DNA of 64,000 nucleotides, taken from assembly GCA_963745235.1 (NCBI GenBank), contig CAVUXE010000058.1, positions 64,001 through 128,000 on the forward strand, in the 5' to 3' direction. This document shows positions 18,430 to 29,827 of this stretch, piece by piece (position 1 is the first letter of the stretch; each line of letters begins with the position of its first letter). Source of the stretch: an uncultured Spirochaetota bacterium (GTDB lineage Bacteria; Spirochaetota; Spirochaetia; SZUA-6; Fen-1364). The translations under genes and the position numbers were made by a program. The notes beneath the pieces were generated by a model that worked only from the letters and a program-made list of their open reading frames with translations, was not told where the DNA came from and made no database searches.

Positions 18430-21303
18430 TCACTTTGCATAGTGGCGCTCCTTCGCGGGTGAGCCTCCGTTGCGCCTCCCTTTTGCGGCGGCCTTTGCTC
18501 CGCCGTTGCGCGAGGAGGCGGCTGCACGCGCGTTTCCTCCGTTTCCTCCCAACGCCTCCGCCATGATCTCCGCCTGCTCCCGGGTGTGCACCTGGTGGGA
18601 CCCGGTTGCGGGGCTCGCCGCCTCCTCCCGTCCGACGTAGGAGAGGGGAACGCCGGGAAGCTCGCGGGCGAACCTCTCGCTCATGAACATCCAGGCGCCC
18701 CGGTTGCGGGGCTCTTCCTGGACCCACAGCCGATCCCGCACGGACCTGTACCCTTCCAGGATCCCAGCAAGGATCTGCGCGGGGAAGGGATACAGCTGCT
18801 CGACCCTCACGATGGCCGTGGATGGGTCACCGCCGTCCTCGCGCGCCTTGAGGAGATCGTAGAAGATCTTGCCGCTGCACAGGATCAGGCGCCGCGGCTT
18901 CGCCGGCCGGGCAGGGTCTTCCAGGACCTCCTGGAACTCGCCCCGGGAGAGATCGGAGAGAGGGGAGAGCGCCCGCGGGTGGCGCAGGAGGCTCTTGGGC
19001 GTCATGACGATGAGCGGCTTGCGGAAGCTGCGCTTGACCTGCCGGCGCAGGAGATGGAAATACTGCGCGGGGGTTGTGCAGTTGCAGACCTGGATGTTGT
19101 TCCGCGCGCACAGCATCAGGAACCGCTCCAGGTGGGCGCTCGAGTGCTCGGGACCCTGGCCCTCGAAGCCGTGCGGAAGGAGGAGCACGATTGCGCTGAT
19201 GGTTCCCCACTTGGCCTCGCCGGCCGCGACGTAGTTGTCGATGATCACCTGGCCCCCGTTGGAGAAGTCCCCGTACTGGGCTTCCCACATGACAAGGGAA
19301 CGGGGCTGGCCCAGAGCGTGTCCGTACTCGAAACCCAGGATGGAGTATTCCGACAGAGGGCTGTCGTAGACGGAAAAGCGCCCCTGGTCCGGCGCCAGGT
19401 TGGCGAGAGGAATGAAGGGCTGCGGAACAAGGGTCTCCGTGTCCCACCATACGAGGTGACGCTGGGAAAACGTGCCGCGCGCGCTGTCCTGGCCGCTCAA
19501 TCGAACCGGTATGCCTTCCATCAGCAGCGAGCCGAACGCCAGGGACTCCGCGAAAGCCCAGTCCACCAGGCCTTCCTTTTCCAGCCGCGCGGCCTTCTCG
19601 TCGATGATCCTCTTCAGCTTGGCATGGACGTGAAAGCCGGCGGGAATGGCGGTCAGTTTTTCCGCAACCAGCCTGATGCTCTCCTCAGAGGGGGCCGCCA
19701 CGCGCTCTCCCCACTCCCAGGCGTTGGGCTCGCGCGTGAGCACTGGGCCATCAACCTCGGTTGTGCGAGCCTCCTGGAGGGCCACCTTGAGCGACTCCCG
19801 GAAGGAAAGCCGCGTCCGCTCGGTCTCTTCCCTGGTGACAACCCCTTCCGCAATCAGGCGCTCGGTATAGAGAACAGGCTGGCTCCTCTTGCGCTCGATG
19901 ATCTTGTACATCAGGGGGTGGGTGAACGATGGGTCATCACCCTCGTTGTGGCCGTACTTGCGGTAGCAGAAGACGTCCACGACCACGTCGCGGCCGAAGG
20001 TCTGGCGGAACCGCACGGCAAGGTCCATCGTGTAGGCGACCGCCTCGGGGTCGTCACCGTTCACGTGGAACACCGGTACGGGCAGCATCTTCGCGACGTC
20101 CGTGGGGAAGAACGTGGAGCGCGCATCCCGGGCGGAGGTCGTGAACCCTATCTGGTTGTTGATGATGACATGGATGGTGCCCCCGGTCTTGTAGCCGCGC
20201 AGGGTGGACAGGTTGAACGTCTCCTCCACGATTCCCTGCCCGGAGAAAGCCGCATCCCCGTGCAGGACCAGGGGGACCACCTCTTTCCTCTCCGTGTCCC
20301 CGCGCTCCCGCTGCACGGCTCGCGCCATCCCCTCCACCACCGGATCAACCGATTCGAGGTGACTCGGGTTTGCAACGAGGTTCACGCGGACCGCGCGGCC
20401 GTCAGGAAGAGAGTGCTCGGTCTCGAACCCCAGGTGGTAGCGCACGTCTCCGCTCGAGCTGAAGTCTCCGGGGTCCTCGATGCCCTCGAACTCCCGAAAG
20501 AGCTCCACCGGAGGCTTGTTGAGGATGCGGTTGAGCACCGTGAGCCGGCCGCGGTGCGTCATTCCCATGATGATTTCGCTTATCCCCATGTCCGGAGCGC
20601 TGTCCACGAGGCGGTGGAGGGCCGGGATGACCGACTCCGCTCCCTCGAGGGAGAAGCGCTTCTGGCCGATGAAGGCCGTGTGCATGAAGTGCTCGAACTC
20701 TTCGGCCGTGAGAAGGTCGTCCAGGATGACCTTCTTCTTTTCCTGGCCGAACGAGGGACGGTTTCGGCTGGATTCCATCTGCTGGATGAGCCAGCGGCGG
20801 ATGGGCTTGTTCTGAATGTGGAGGAACTCCACGGCCACCGTGGAGCAATAGGTCTCACGGAGAGCCTGGATGATGTCCGCAAGCTTCATCTTCGAGCGGG
20901 AGAACACGTTCCCGGCATAGAACTCCGTCTGAAGGTCGCTCTCCGACAGCCCGAACTCGCTCAGGGTGAGCTGCTCATACGTATGCGCGGGCTCCGCGTA
21001 GTAGTTTTTCTGCTCTCCCTCGGACGGGGCCAGGGGATTGAGATGGGCGTACAGGTAGCCGACGTCCCGGTATCCCCACAGGAGACTGTCCACCCTGCTT
21101 TGCTTGAATGCCATGTCGGTGGGGACGGGACCGTCGCTCGCCGTGCCTCCTCCCCGCCTCTTCAGCGCGATATGGCTGCTCTCCTGGTTATGGAAGAACT
21201 CGTTCCACTGCGGCTCGACGGACCTCGGGTCCGCCAGCCATCGCTCATGAAGTTCTTCGATCCAGGGGACGTCCACCGACGAAAAAACGGACGCGTCGTT
21301 CAT
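18430..21303 (-). CDS. sucA: 2-oxoglutarate dehydrogenase E1
   Basis: KRFSLEG, HRGRL, NPSHLE, HGDAAFSGQG, WEAQYGDF, GPEHSSAHLERF. Confidence 0.97.
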   Translation of the reverse strand: MNDASVFSSVDVPWIEELHERWLADPRSVEPQWNEFFHNQESSHIALKRRGGGTASDGPVPTDMAFKQSRVDSLLWGYRDVGYLYAHLNPLAPSEGEQKNYYAEPAHTYEQLTLSEFGLSESDLQTEFYAGNVFSRSKMKLADIIQALRETYCSTVAVEFLHIQNKPIRRWLIQQMESSRNRPSFGQEKKKVILDDLLTAEEFEHFMHTAFIGQKRFSLEGAESVIPALHRLVDSAPDMGISEIIMGMTHRGRLTVLNRILNKPPVELFREFEGIEDPGDFSSSGDVRYHLGFETEHSLPDGRAVRVNLVANPSHLESVDPVVEGMARAVQRERGDTERKEVVPLVLHGDAAFSGQGIVEETFNLSTLRGYKTGGTIHVIINNQIGFTTSARDARSTFFPTDVAKMLPVPVFHVNGDDPEAVAYTMDLAVRFRQTFGRDVVVDVFCYRKYGHNEGDDPSFTHPLMYKIIERKRSQPVLYTERLIAEGVVTREETERTRLSFRESLKVALQEARTTEVDGPVLTREPNAWEWGERVAAPSEESIRLVAEKLTAIPAGFHVHAKLKRIIDEKAARLEKEGLVDWAFAESLAFGSLLMEGIPVRLSGQDSARGTFSQRHLVWWDTETLVPQPFIPLANLAPDQGRFSVYDSPLSEYSILGFEYGHALGQPRSLVMWEAQYGDFSNGGQVIIDNYVAAGEAKWGTISAIVLLLPHGFEGQGPEHSSAHLERFLMLCARNNIQVCNCTTPAQYFHLLRRQVKRSFRKPLIVMTPKSLLRHPRALSPLSDLSRGEFQEVLEDPARPAKPRRLILCSGKIFYDLLKAREDGGDPSTAIVRVEQLYPFPAQILAGILEGYRSVRDRLWVQEEPRNRGAWMFMSERFARELPGVPLSYVGREEAASPATGSHQVHTREQAEIMAEALGGNGGNARAAASSRNGGAKAAAKGRRNGGSPAKERHYAK

Positions 21304-21321
21304 ATCTCTCCCTCGTGGCGA

Positions 21322-22221
21322 TCAACCGCCCTTGCGACTCCCCGGCGCCTGAGCCGCCAGCCGGGAGGAGAGGAGGCCGGGCACCTCGTCGGGGCGGTCG
21401 GCGACGGGGACCCCTGCCTGCCGCAGGGCAGCCACCTTGGCCTCAGCCGTGCCTTTGCCCCCGGAGATGATGGCTCCGGCGTGTCCCATCCTCTTTTCCG
21501 GAGGCGCAGTGCGGCCGGAAATAAAGGAGACCACGGGTTTCTTCATGGACTTTGAAATATACTCTGCGGCCCTCTCCTCGTCATCGCCCCCGATCTCTCC
21601 GATCAGCGCCACCCCGGTTGTGTTGGGGTCGGCCTCAAACAAGGCCAGGAGCTCGACGAAGCTCGTGCCGATGACCGGGTCCCCTCCCACGCCAATGCAG
21701 GTGGACTGTCCTATTCCTGCGCGCGTGAGGGCCCATACCACCTCGTAGGTCAGAGTGCCGCTTCGCGAGATCACGCCGATCCCTCCCGGCGTATGGATGC
21801 GGCCGGGCATGATGCCCACTTTTGCGGCGCCCGGGGAGACGAGCCCCGGGCAGTTGGGGCCGATGAGCCGGCATCCCCGCTCGGAGAGGTAATGGGTGTC
21901 ACGGATCATGTCCAGGACGGGTATGCCTTCGGTGATGCAGACGATCAGCGGGATCCTCGCATCCGCGGCTTCGCGCAGCGCCGCGCCCGCAAACCGCGCG
22001 GGCACGAAGATCACCGTGCAGTCCGCGCCTGTCCGCTGGACTGCTTCCGCAACCGTATTGAAGACCGGTATGCCGTCGACGTTCTCGCCGCCCTTGCCGG
22101 GGGTCACTCCTCCGACCACCTTCGTCCCATAGTCGCGCATGGACCTGGCGTGGAAGGACCCGTCCCTCCCCGTGATGCCCTGGACGATCACCTGCGTCTC
22201 AGCGTTCAGCAGTATGCTCAT
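21322..22221 (-). CDS. sucD: Succinyl-CoA synthetase alpha subunit
   Basis: [27 protein letters not shown]. Confidence 0.97.
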   Translation of the reverse strand: MSILLNAETQVIVQGITGRDGSFHARSMRDYGTKVVGGVTPGKGGENVDGIPVFNTVAEAVQRTGADCTVIFVPARFAGAALREAADARIPLIVCITEGIPVLDMIRDTHYLSERGCRLIGPNCPGLVSPGAAKVGIMPGRIHTPGGIGVISRSGTLTYEVVWALTRAGIGQSTCIGVGGDPVIGTSFVELLALFEADPNTTGVALIGEIGGDDEERAAEYISKSMKKPVVSFISGRTAPPEKRMGHAGAIISGGKGTAEAKVAALRQAGVPVADRPDEVPGLLSSRLAAQAPGSRKGG

Positions 22222-23369
22222 GCCGTGCCCTTCCCATCAGTTGACCTCGCCCGGGCCACGACGCCTTGCACGGCCTCGGTCAGGTCCTCATATGCATCGA
22301 TCCCCGCGCCCTTGAGGATGGCTCTCCCCTCCGCCTCGTTGGTCCCGATCAGCCGTATGACCAGGGGCACAGGGATGGACAGGCGCTCGCGCGCCATGAC
22401 GATCCCGCGGGCGATGTCGTCACAGCGGGTGATGCCTCCGAAGATGTTGATGAGGATCGCCGTGAGGCCGCGATGCTTGAGGATGATCCGAAGCGCGTTC
22501 AGCACCTTCTCGGGATTCGAGCTGCCCCCGACATCCAGGAAGTTGGCCGGACTGCCGCCGAAATACTTGATGAGGTCCATGGTTGCCATGGAAAGTCCTG
22601 CCCCGTTGACGATGCAGCCAATGGTCCCCTCCAGGCCGACATAGGAAAGGCCGTTTGACCGGGCGTCCATCTCGTCCGCGCCGTACTCCTCCGGGCTTCG
22701 CAGGTTCTCCAGCTCGGGATGCCGGAACAACGCGTTGTCGTCGAATATCACCTTCGCGTCCGCCGCGATCAGCTTCCCCTGCTGGGTCTTCGCGCAGGGG
22801 TTGATCTCCACGAGGGAGCAGTCTTTCTCCGAGAACAGCCGGTACATCCCCTGGAGGATGGCCCACGCCTGGTCGGAAAGTTCCCGGCCGAACGCGGAGG
22901 CCAGCTTCCCCTGGTGGGAGGCGGCCACCGGACCGTTCTCCGGGTCAAGGGGGAACCGTATGATTCGATCCGGCTGGGTGGCTGCAATCTCCTCGATGTC
23001 CATCCCGCCGGAAGCGCTGGCGATGCACTGCACCGTCTTTCCCGACCTGTCCACCGCGAGGCTCACGTAGAACTCCGCGGCAATGTCCACGGCGGCGGCC
23101 ATCAGCACACGCTGCACCTCGATGCCCTTGATCTTCATTCCCAGGATGTCGCGCGCCCTGGCCTCCGCCTCATCGGCGGATTTCGCCATCTTCACGCCCC
23201 CCGCCTTGCCCCGGCCTCCCACGAGGACCTGGGCCTTCACCATGACGGGAAAGCCGATGGAGGCGGCAATGGCGCGCGCCTCCTGGGGGGTGGATGCCGG
23301 CCTGCCTTCAGGCACCGGGATCCCGTACTCCCTGAGGAAACCTTTTGCCTGGAACTCGTGCAGCTTCAT
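22218..23369 (-). CDS. sucC: Succinyl-CoA synthetase beta subunit
   Basis: [44 protein letters not shown]. Confidence 0.97.
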   Translation of the reverse strand: MKLHEFQAKGFLREYGIPVPEGRPASTPQEARAIAASIGFPVMVKAQVLVGGRGKAGGVKMAKSADEAEARARDILGMKIKGIEVQRVLMAAAVDIAAEFYVSLAVDRSGKTVQCIASASGGMDIEEIAATQPDRIIRFPLDPENGPVAASHQGKLASAFGRELSDQAWAILQGMYRLFSEKDCSLVEINPCAKTQQGKLIAADAKVIFDDNALFRHPELENLRSPEEYGADEMDARSNGLSYVGLEGTIGCIVNGAGLSMATMDLIKYFGGSPANFLDVGGSSNPEKVLNALRIILKHRGLTAILINIFGGITRCDDIARGIVMARERLSIPVPLVIRLIGTNEAEGRAILKGAGIDAYEDLTEAVQGVVARARSTDGKGTA

Positions 23370-24085
23370 GCGCTTCCTTCCCTGAGCTTCGTGATTGCCC
23401 TTTTTGTTGCGTTGATATTCTTAGTGATCTTGATCTCGCGCGGGCACACCCGTGTGCAGTTGAAGTGGTTGTCGCAGGCCCACGCGCCGTCAGGCGCGTC
23501 GAGCACGGACAGCCTCCGGGCAAAGCCATGGTCCCGGCTGTCGAAGACGAACCGTGCGGCCTGCACGAGCGCCGCCGGGCCCAGGTACGCGCTGTTCGTC
23601 TCAAGCACCGGGCAGGAGGAGTAGCAGGCCCCGCAGAGGATGCAGCTCGTCGTGTCGTCGAACGCCGCGCGCTCGGCCTGGCTCTGGATGCGTTCTCCCT
23701 CCCGCACCGGTTCATCGTTGATGAGGAAGGGCTGCACGGACCTGAACTTCTGGAAGAACACTCCCTGGTCCACCATGAGGTCCCGCTGCACAGGCAGGAA
23801 GCGAAGGGGCTGCACCGTCACAAGGGCGCTCTCCTCCTTCGCGACGTCCCGCACGAGGGTCTTGCATGCAAGCCGCTCGACCCCCGCGATGATCATGGCA
23901 TCAGATCCGCACACCCCGTGGCCGCAGCTCCTTCGAAAGGAGAGGCTGCCGTCCTGCTCTTCCTTCACGCGGATGAGGGCGTCAAGGATGCGGTCCGTCG
24001 GCTCGGCTTCCACGGGATAATCCGCGTCATGCGGCTCCCGTTCCCTGTCCGGGTCGAATCTCCTGATGCGCAGCACGATCCTCAT
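23366..24085 (-). CDS. sdhB: Succinate dehydrogenase/fumarate reductase Fe-S subunit
   Basis: RSCGHGVCGSD, CILCGACYSSCP, CDNHFNCTRVCP. Confidence 0.93.
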   Translation of the reverse strand: MRIVLRIRRFDPDREREPHDADYPVEAEPTDRILDALIRVKEEQDGSLSFRRSCGHGVCGSDAMIIAGVERLACKTLVRDVAKEESALVTVQPLRFLPVQRDLMVDQGVFFQKFRSVQPFLINDEPVREGERIQSQAERAAFDDTTSCILCGACYSSCPVLETNSAYLGPAALVQAARFVFDSRDHGFARRLSVLDAPDGAWACDNHFNCTRVCPREIKITKNINATKRAITKLREGSA

Positions 24086-24106
24086 GCGGTCCTCCTCAGT
24101 ATGCTT

Positions 24107-25843
24107 TCAGTACACCCGCGGCTTGGGGGCCCATTTCGATGCGTCCACGGGCCGTGAGCGCAGGAGGGCCTCTTTCTCCCCGAGCCACACGAGGCTGTGG
24201 CGAAGCCACCGCGCGTCATCCCTCTCCGGGTAGTCGTCCCGCGCATGGGCGCCGCGGCTCTCTGTCCTGGCCCGCGCCGCCGTTGCCGTGAGGTATGCCA
24301 GGTCCACAAGGTTGCCCAGCTCGAGGATCCCGAGGAGGTCGGTGTTGAACTTCCGTGCCTTGTCCTGGACGCGCACCTCTCTCATGCGGTCCCGCAGCTC
24401 CTTCATCTTCTGGACCGCAAGGCACAGGTCATTCTCGTTGCGAAAGATCCCGACTTTCTCCATCATCACGGTCTCCATCTCCTCCCGGACGAGCTTTCCG
24501 TGCGGCCCTCGCGTTCCGTCGGTCAGTCGCGCCACGTCGCTTCGTGACTGCTCTGCCGCGTCCCCGGCCAGGGGGCCGTAGTCCGCCGAGCGCACAAACG
24601 CGGCCATGTGCCTGCCGGCTCGTCGTCCGAAAACCACCAGGTCCACGAGGCTGTTGGTCCCGAGCCGGTTGGCGCCGTGAACCGAAACGCAGGCGCATTC
24701 TCCGGCAGCGTAGAGCCCCTCGTACAGGCCGCCCGTTTCGTCCGCAATCACTCTTCCTTCAATGTCAGTCGGAATCCCCCCCATCGCATAGTGGGCAGTG
24801 GGCTGGATAGGGATGGGGTCATCTGCCGGGTCGATACCGAGGTAGGTCCTGCTGAAGCCCGTAATGTCCGGCAGCTTCTTTTCAAGCACTTCCCGGCCGA
24901 GCCCGGTCGCGTCCAGGAGCACCCAGTCGTCAATCCGCCCGTCTCCGCGCATCCCATTGCCTGACGCGATCTCCTTGAGGATGGCGCGGGAAATCATGTC
25001 CCGCGGGGCCAGGTCCAGGAGGCCGGGCGCATACCGCTCCATGAAACGCTCCCCCGCGCGGTTTCTGAGGATCCCCCCCTCACCGCGAACCCCCTCGGTA
25101 ATGAGGATCCCCATTCCCTTGATGCCGGTGGGGTGGAACTGGAAGAACTCCATGTCCTGGAGCGGAACGCCGCGCCGGGCGAGCACCGCGGGGCCGTCGC
25201 CGGTATTCGCGTACGCGTTGGAGGTGATGCGGAACATGCGGCCGAAGCCGCCGGTTGCGAAAAGGACAGCCTTTGCCCGGAAAGTATGAATCTCCCCGGT
25301 GGCCAGCTCGATGGCTACCGCGCCGCAGCACCTGCGGCCGTCCAGGATCACGTCCAGCACGTGGAACTCGTCGTAGAACTCAACGCCGTTCTTGATGCAC
25401 TGCTGGTAGAGGGTCTGCAGGATCATGTGGCCCGTGCGGTCCGCCGCGTAGCAGGAGCGGCGCACCGGTCCTTCCCCGAAGTTTCGGGTGTGCCCTCCGA
25501 AGCGTCTCTGGTCGATGCGGCCCTCGGGGGTGCGGCTGAAGGGGAGCCCCCGGTTCTCCAGGTCGTAGACGGCGCGCACCGCGTCCTCAGCCAGAAGGAT
25601 GGCGGCTGACTGGTCCACCAGGTAGTCACCGCCTTTCACCGTGTCGAAGGCGTGCCACTCCGGCCTGTCTTCCTCGACGTTTCCGAGTGCGGCGCCGATC
25701 CCTCCCTGGGCAGCGCCAGTGTGGCTCCTCATGGGATGGACCTTGGAGATGACAGCCGTCTTTGCCCCGGCGCTTGCCTCCAGCGCCGCGTACAGCCCTG
25801 CTCCTCCGGCTCCGACGATCAGCGCGTCGAACTCGTGGACCAT
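24107..25843 (-). CDS. sdhA: Succinate dehydrogenase/fumarate reductase flavoprotein
   Basis: [16 protein letters not shown] (covalent-FAD His), [29 protein letters not shown]. Confidence 0.95.
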   Translation of the reverse strand: MVHEFDALIVGAGGAGLYAALEASAGAKTAVISKVHPMRSHTGAAQGGIGAALGNVEEDRPEWHAFDTVKGGDYLVDQSAAILLAEDAVRAVYDLENRGLPFSRTPEGRIDQRRFGGHTRNFGEGPVRRSCYAADRTGHMILQTLYQQCIKNGVEFYDEFHVLDVILDGRRCCGAVAIELATGEIHTFRAKAVLFATGGFGRMFRITSNAYANTGDGPAVLARRGVPLQDMEFFQFHPTGIKGMGILITEGVRGEGGILRNRAGERFMERYAPGLLDLAPRDMISRAILKEIASGNGMRGDGRIDDWVLLDATGLGREVLEKKLPDITGFSRTYLGIDPADDPIPIQPTAHYAMGGIPTDIEGRVIADETGGLYEGLYAAGECACVSVHGANRLGTNSLVDLVVFGRRAGRHMAAFVRSADYGPLAGDAAEQSRSDVARLTDGTRGPHGKLVREEMETVMMEKVGIFRNENDLCLAVQKMKELRDRMREVRVQDKARKFNTDLLGILELGNLVDLAYLTATAARARTESRGAHARDDYPERDDARWLRHSLVWLGEKEALLRSRPVDASKWAPKPRVY

Positions 25844-25854
25844 GAGAAACCTCC

Positions 25855-26778
25855 TTACAGGCTCTCCAGCTCCCGAACCCCCCGGCGCACCGACTCCGCC
25901 GAGGCTTCCAGGGATTTTCTCTCTGTCTCCGTCAGGGGAAGCTCCACTATCCTTTCTACTCCGTTTCTTCCCAGGATGACGGGAACACCAAGGAAGATGT
26001 CGCGAAAACCGTACTGCCCGCGCAGGTAGACGGAAGCCGGGATGAGGCGCTTCTCATCCTTGATGACCGCTTCCACCATCTTGGCTACCGACGCTCCGGG
26101 GGCATAGAACGCGCTGCCCGTTTTCAGAAGGCCAACGATTTCCGCCCCCCCGGTGCGAGTCCTGCCCACCAGGGACTCTATTGTGGAAGAGTCCAGGAGC
26201 TGCCCGATGGGGATGCCCCCCGCCGAGGTGAAGCTCGTGAGCGGGACCATGTCGTCCCCGTGACCGCCGAGCACCATGGCCTGGACGTCTCCGGGCCAGA
26301 CGCCCAGTCGCTCCGCGATGAAGAAGCGAAACCTGGTCGAATCCAGGACACCTGCCATGCCGATCACTTTCGACAGGGCGAACCCTGTCTCTCGAAGGAC
26401 TGCCATGGCTATGACATCGAGGGGATTGGTCACGACAATGACCACCGCGTTGGGCGCCCGGCGGGCTATCTCCCGGGCCGCCTGCCGCGCAATCCCGACA
26501 TTCGTGCGCAGGAGGTCCATGCGGTCCATGCCCGGCTTGCGTGCTATGCCCGCCGTCAGGACCACCACGTCGCTGCCGGCCATCTCCGCGAAGTCCGTGG
26601 TCCCCCGAATGCCGACCTCGTAGTCGCGAAGCGGCGCGGCGTGGAGGAAGTCCATGGCCTTGCTCTGCGCCAGGCCGTCGACCACGTCCACCATGACGAT
26701 GTCCGCGATGTTCTTCTCCGCGATGTAGTAGACCGCTTTTGCCCCCACGTTCCCGGCGCCTATGACGGTCACCTTCAT
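25855..26778 (-). CDS. mdh: Malate dehydrogenase (LDH-like)
   Basis: [37 protein letters not shown]. Confidence 0.92.
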   Translation of the reverse strand: MKVTVIGAGNVGAKAVYYIAEKNIADIVMVDVVDGLAQSKAMDFLHAAPLRDYEVGIRGTTDFAEMAGSDVVVLTAGIARKPGMDRMDLLRTNVGIARQAAREIARRAPNAVVIVVTNPLDVIAMAVLRETGFALSKVIGMAGVLDSTRFRFFIAERLGVWPGDVQAMVLGGHGDDMVPLTSFTSAGGIPIGQLLDSSTIESLVGRTRTGGAEIVGLLKTGSAFYAPGASVAKMVEAVIKDEKRLIPASVYLRGQYGFRDIFLGVPVILGRNGVERIVELPLTETERKSLEASAESVRRGVRELESL

Positions 26779-27698
26779 GCGGCACCTCCCCGCACCACGG
26801 ACGCGATCAGGCGGGCGGACTGCGCCAGCGCCTCTTTCTCCTCCCTCGTGAGCTCGGGGGTGAGGATCTTCGTCACTCCCTTCTCCCCGACGATTGCCGG
26901 GACGCTCAAGGCAGCGTCTCTGAGCCCGTACTCTCCCTCCAGCATCAGGGAGACGGGGAATATGCGCGACAGGTTCATGTGGACGCTGTCGGCGAGCTCC
27001 GCGATTGCCGCGGAAGGGGCGTAGTAGGCGCTCGATCTCTTGGCGAGCTCGACGACCAGGTCCCCCGCGCTTCGCGTTTCAGAGATGACAGCCGCGATGC
27101 GCTCCGGGGGAAGGAGCTGCGGGAGGGGCACCCCGGAGACGCTGCAGTAGCGGGGCAGGCAGACCATGTCGTCGGAGTGCCGGCCGATGACGAGGGCGGA
27201 AACGATTTCCATGGACACATCAAGCTCGCGGGAGATCAGAGCTCGCAGGCGCATTGAATCCAGGATGCCGCCGAGCCCCAGCACCCGCGTGCGCGGCATT
27301 CCGGAGCGCAGCGTGAAAAGCGCGGTGAGCGAGTCCACCGGCTCCGTTGCCATCACCACGACGCTGTCCGGGGCAAGGCGCGCCACCTGCGGGGCAAGCG
27401 CTTCGATGACAGGGGCATTTTCCCCGTAGAGGTCCTCACGGCGCATGCCCGGCGAACGGATGGCTCCCGCCGCTATCACCACCATCTGGGACCCCTGGAT
27501 ATCGGCAACGGTGTCGGAGCCGACAAGGGAGTTGCGGTATCTCCTGATGGGCGCGGCCTCCATGATGTCGAGCGCCTTGCCGCGGGACAGGCCCTGCTTG
27601 ACGTCGATGAGGAGCACGTCCGTGACGCCCTTCTCCGCGATGAAGAATGCCGCGTTGGCTCCGACGTTCCCGCTCCCTATGATGCTCACCCTGGACAT
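26775..27698 (-). CDS. Divergent malate dehydrogenase paralog
   Basis: GSGNVG, IRSPGMRR and LDSMR are kept, but ATEP replaces VTNP and GRHSD replaces GGHGD. Confidence 0.8.
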   Translation of the reverse strand: MSRVSIIGSGNVGANAAFFIAEKGVTDVLLIDVKQGLSRGKALDIMEAAPIRRYRNSLVGSDTVADIQGSQMVVIAAGAIRSPGMRREDLYGENAPVIEALAPQVARLAPDSVVVMATEPVDSLTALFTLRSGMPRTRVLGLGGILDSMRLRALISRELDVSMEIVSALVIGRHSDDMVCLPRYCSVSGVPLPQLLPPERIAAVISETRSAGDLVVELAKRSSAYYAPSAAIAELADSVHMNLSRIFPVSLMLEGEYGLRDAALSVPAIVGEKGVTKILTPELTREEKEALAQSARLIASVVRGGAA

Positions 27699-27767
27699 GC
27701 TGAATACCTCCGTCGGCAGGGATACCGAGGAGCGCCCCTGCCCCTGCCTTAATTTTCTCTGTCCGTA

Positions 27768-29688
27768 CTAGCTGGCGCGCGCCATGTTCAAAAGGCCCCC
27801 GGCAAGCAGGATGCGACGGTGCCTGTCGGAGACGTCGAGCTTCGTCATGATGGTCTTCCCGTTCACCTGGACCGGCACGTCGGTGGTCCCGCTCTCCAGG
27901 AGCTTGCGCACGCCCGTGATCCGCACCTTGTCCCCCTGGCGGATGGTCTCATAGTCCGCGGGGCTCGCGAAGGTGAGGGGAAGGATTCCGAAGTTTATCA
28001 GATTCGACTTATGGATCCGCGCAAAGCTCTTGACGATCTTCACCCGCACCCCGAGGTACCGGGGCGCCAGGGCAGCGTGCTCCCGGGAGGAGCCCTGCCC
28101 GTAGTTCTCTCCGCCAACAACGGCACCGCTCTTCTTCTCCCGGGCCCTGTGCGCAAAACCTTCGTCCGCCTGGATGAAGACGAAGTCGCTGATGGCCGGA
28201 ATGTTGCTGCGGAAAGGAAGGACGCGGTTGCCGGCCGGCATGATGATGTCAGTGCTGATATCGTTTCCCACCTTGATGAGCACCTCTGCCTCGATGGTGT
28301 CCTCCAGGGGGCCGAAGGTCGGAAAGGGCTGGATGTTCGGACCGCGGATGATCTGCACGCCATCAGCGCTGCGGGCCGGCATGAAGAACCAGTTGGGGTT
28401 GAAGGCGTAGCGCTTCGGATACTCGATGCTGGGACAGCTCCCCAGGGTGCGCGGGTCGGTGATCTTCCCGGTCAGGGCGGACGCCGCCGCGGTCTCCGGC
28501 GAGCACAGGTACACGAAGTCATCGTCCGTCCCGCTCCTGCCCTTGTAGTTGCGGGGCATGGTGCGCAGGGAGTTCGTGCCGCTTGCCGGCGCCTGGCCCA
28601 TCCCGATGCACCCGAGGCAGCCCGCCTCAGAGATGCGCGCGCCGGCGTCCACAAGGGCTTTGATGCCTCCCATGGCCATGACGTTCTCCAGGGTCTGGCG
28701 GCTGCCCGGGTTGACGCTGAGATCCACCAGGGGATGGCGCTGCTTTCCTTCCAGCGCCCGGGCCACCATCATCAGGTCCCGGTAGCTCCCGTTGGTTGAG
28801 GAGCCCACGAGGACCTGCTGGACTTCCACGTTGGAGAGCTCCGCGGCGGTCTTCACGTTGTCCGGGTTGGACGGGCAGGCCACCAGGGGCTCGACGGCGG
28901 AGAGGTCGATTTTCGTGACCTCGTCGAACCGGGGATCCGCGCCCTGCGTGAGCGGACGGAAGTCCTTCTCCCGGCCGTTCATCCCGAGGTACCAGCGGGT
29001 GATGTCGTCAGAGGGAAACACGCACGCGGTGAACCCCATGTCCACCGCCATGTTCGCGATGGTGCCTCGGGCGGCCATGTCCAGGGCGGCAACGCCCGGG
29101 CCGAAGAACTCCATGATCTTTCCCGTTCCGGCCTTCGCGGAGTAGCGCCGCAGGAGCTCCAGGATGACGTCCTTCCCTGATACCCAGGGCTGCAGGGCCC
29201 CTTCGACCTGGATTCCCCAGACCTTCGGGGTCATGAGGTAGAAGGGCTTTCCGGCCATTGCCATGGCCACCTCGTTGCCTCCCGCGCCAATGGCGAGCAT
29301 CCCGAGGCACCCGCCCGTGGTCGTATGGCTGTCCGATCCGAGAAGGGTCTTGCCCGGGAGCGCCGAAGCGCTGGCGGTGGACATGGTGAGACACTCCGTT
29401 GCCCGGGGGGGAGAGGATGACGCCGTACTTGGCCGCGCACGAGATCAGGAAGCGGTGGTCATCCGCGTTCTTGAAATCCGTCTGGATGATGTTGTGATCG
29501 ATGTAGCTCACCGCCAGCTCCGCTTTCACCCGGGGGAGGCCCATGGACTCGAACTCCAGGTAGGCCATGGTTCCCGTGGCGTCCTGCGTGAGGGTCTGGT
29601 CGATGCGGAGCCCGATCTCCTTCCCGGCGCCGGGCGATCCTTCCATCAGGTGCTCGCCAATGAGCATTCCGGTAATCGTGTCTTTCAT
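27768..29688 (-). CDS. acn: Aconitate hydratase, ~640 aa type (frameshift near 29380)
   Basis: TLTQDATGT, YIDHN, GSDSHTT, GCLGCIGMG, RNYKGRSG, NYGQGSSREHAA. Confidence 0.9.
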
Positions 29689-29788
29689 TCGTCACCCTTT
29701 TCCCGAATCGAGCGCTGCTCGCTATAGTATACTAACAGAGAAACGTGCGAGCGAGCGCGAAATACCGTGATTGCAAGCACGAACTTCG

Positions 29789-29818
29789 TTGACGCCGCCG
29801 GGAACACGGCAGTATATT
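29789..29818 (+). promoter_or_regulatory. atp operon promoter TTGACG-18-TATATT (near-leaderless)
   Basis: The -10 ends 9 nt before the atpB ATG and there is no SD. Confidence 0.55.
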
Positions 29819-29827
29819 CGCTCTGGC

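Noticed and set aside
18586-21555. 989-aa plus-strand ORF and other long antisense ORFs (e.g. 50093-51424, 33979-35490, 61877-63349)
   Set aside because: These are shadow ORFs opposite well-conserved genes, expected from high-GC codon bias, with no motifs of their own.
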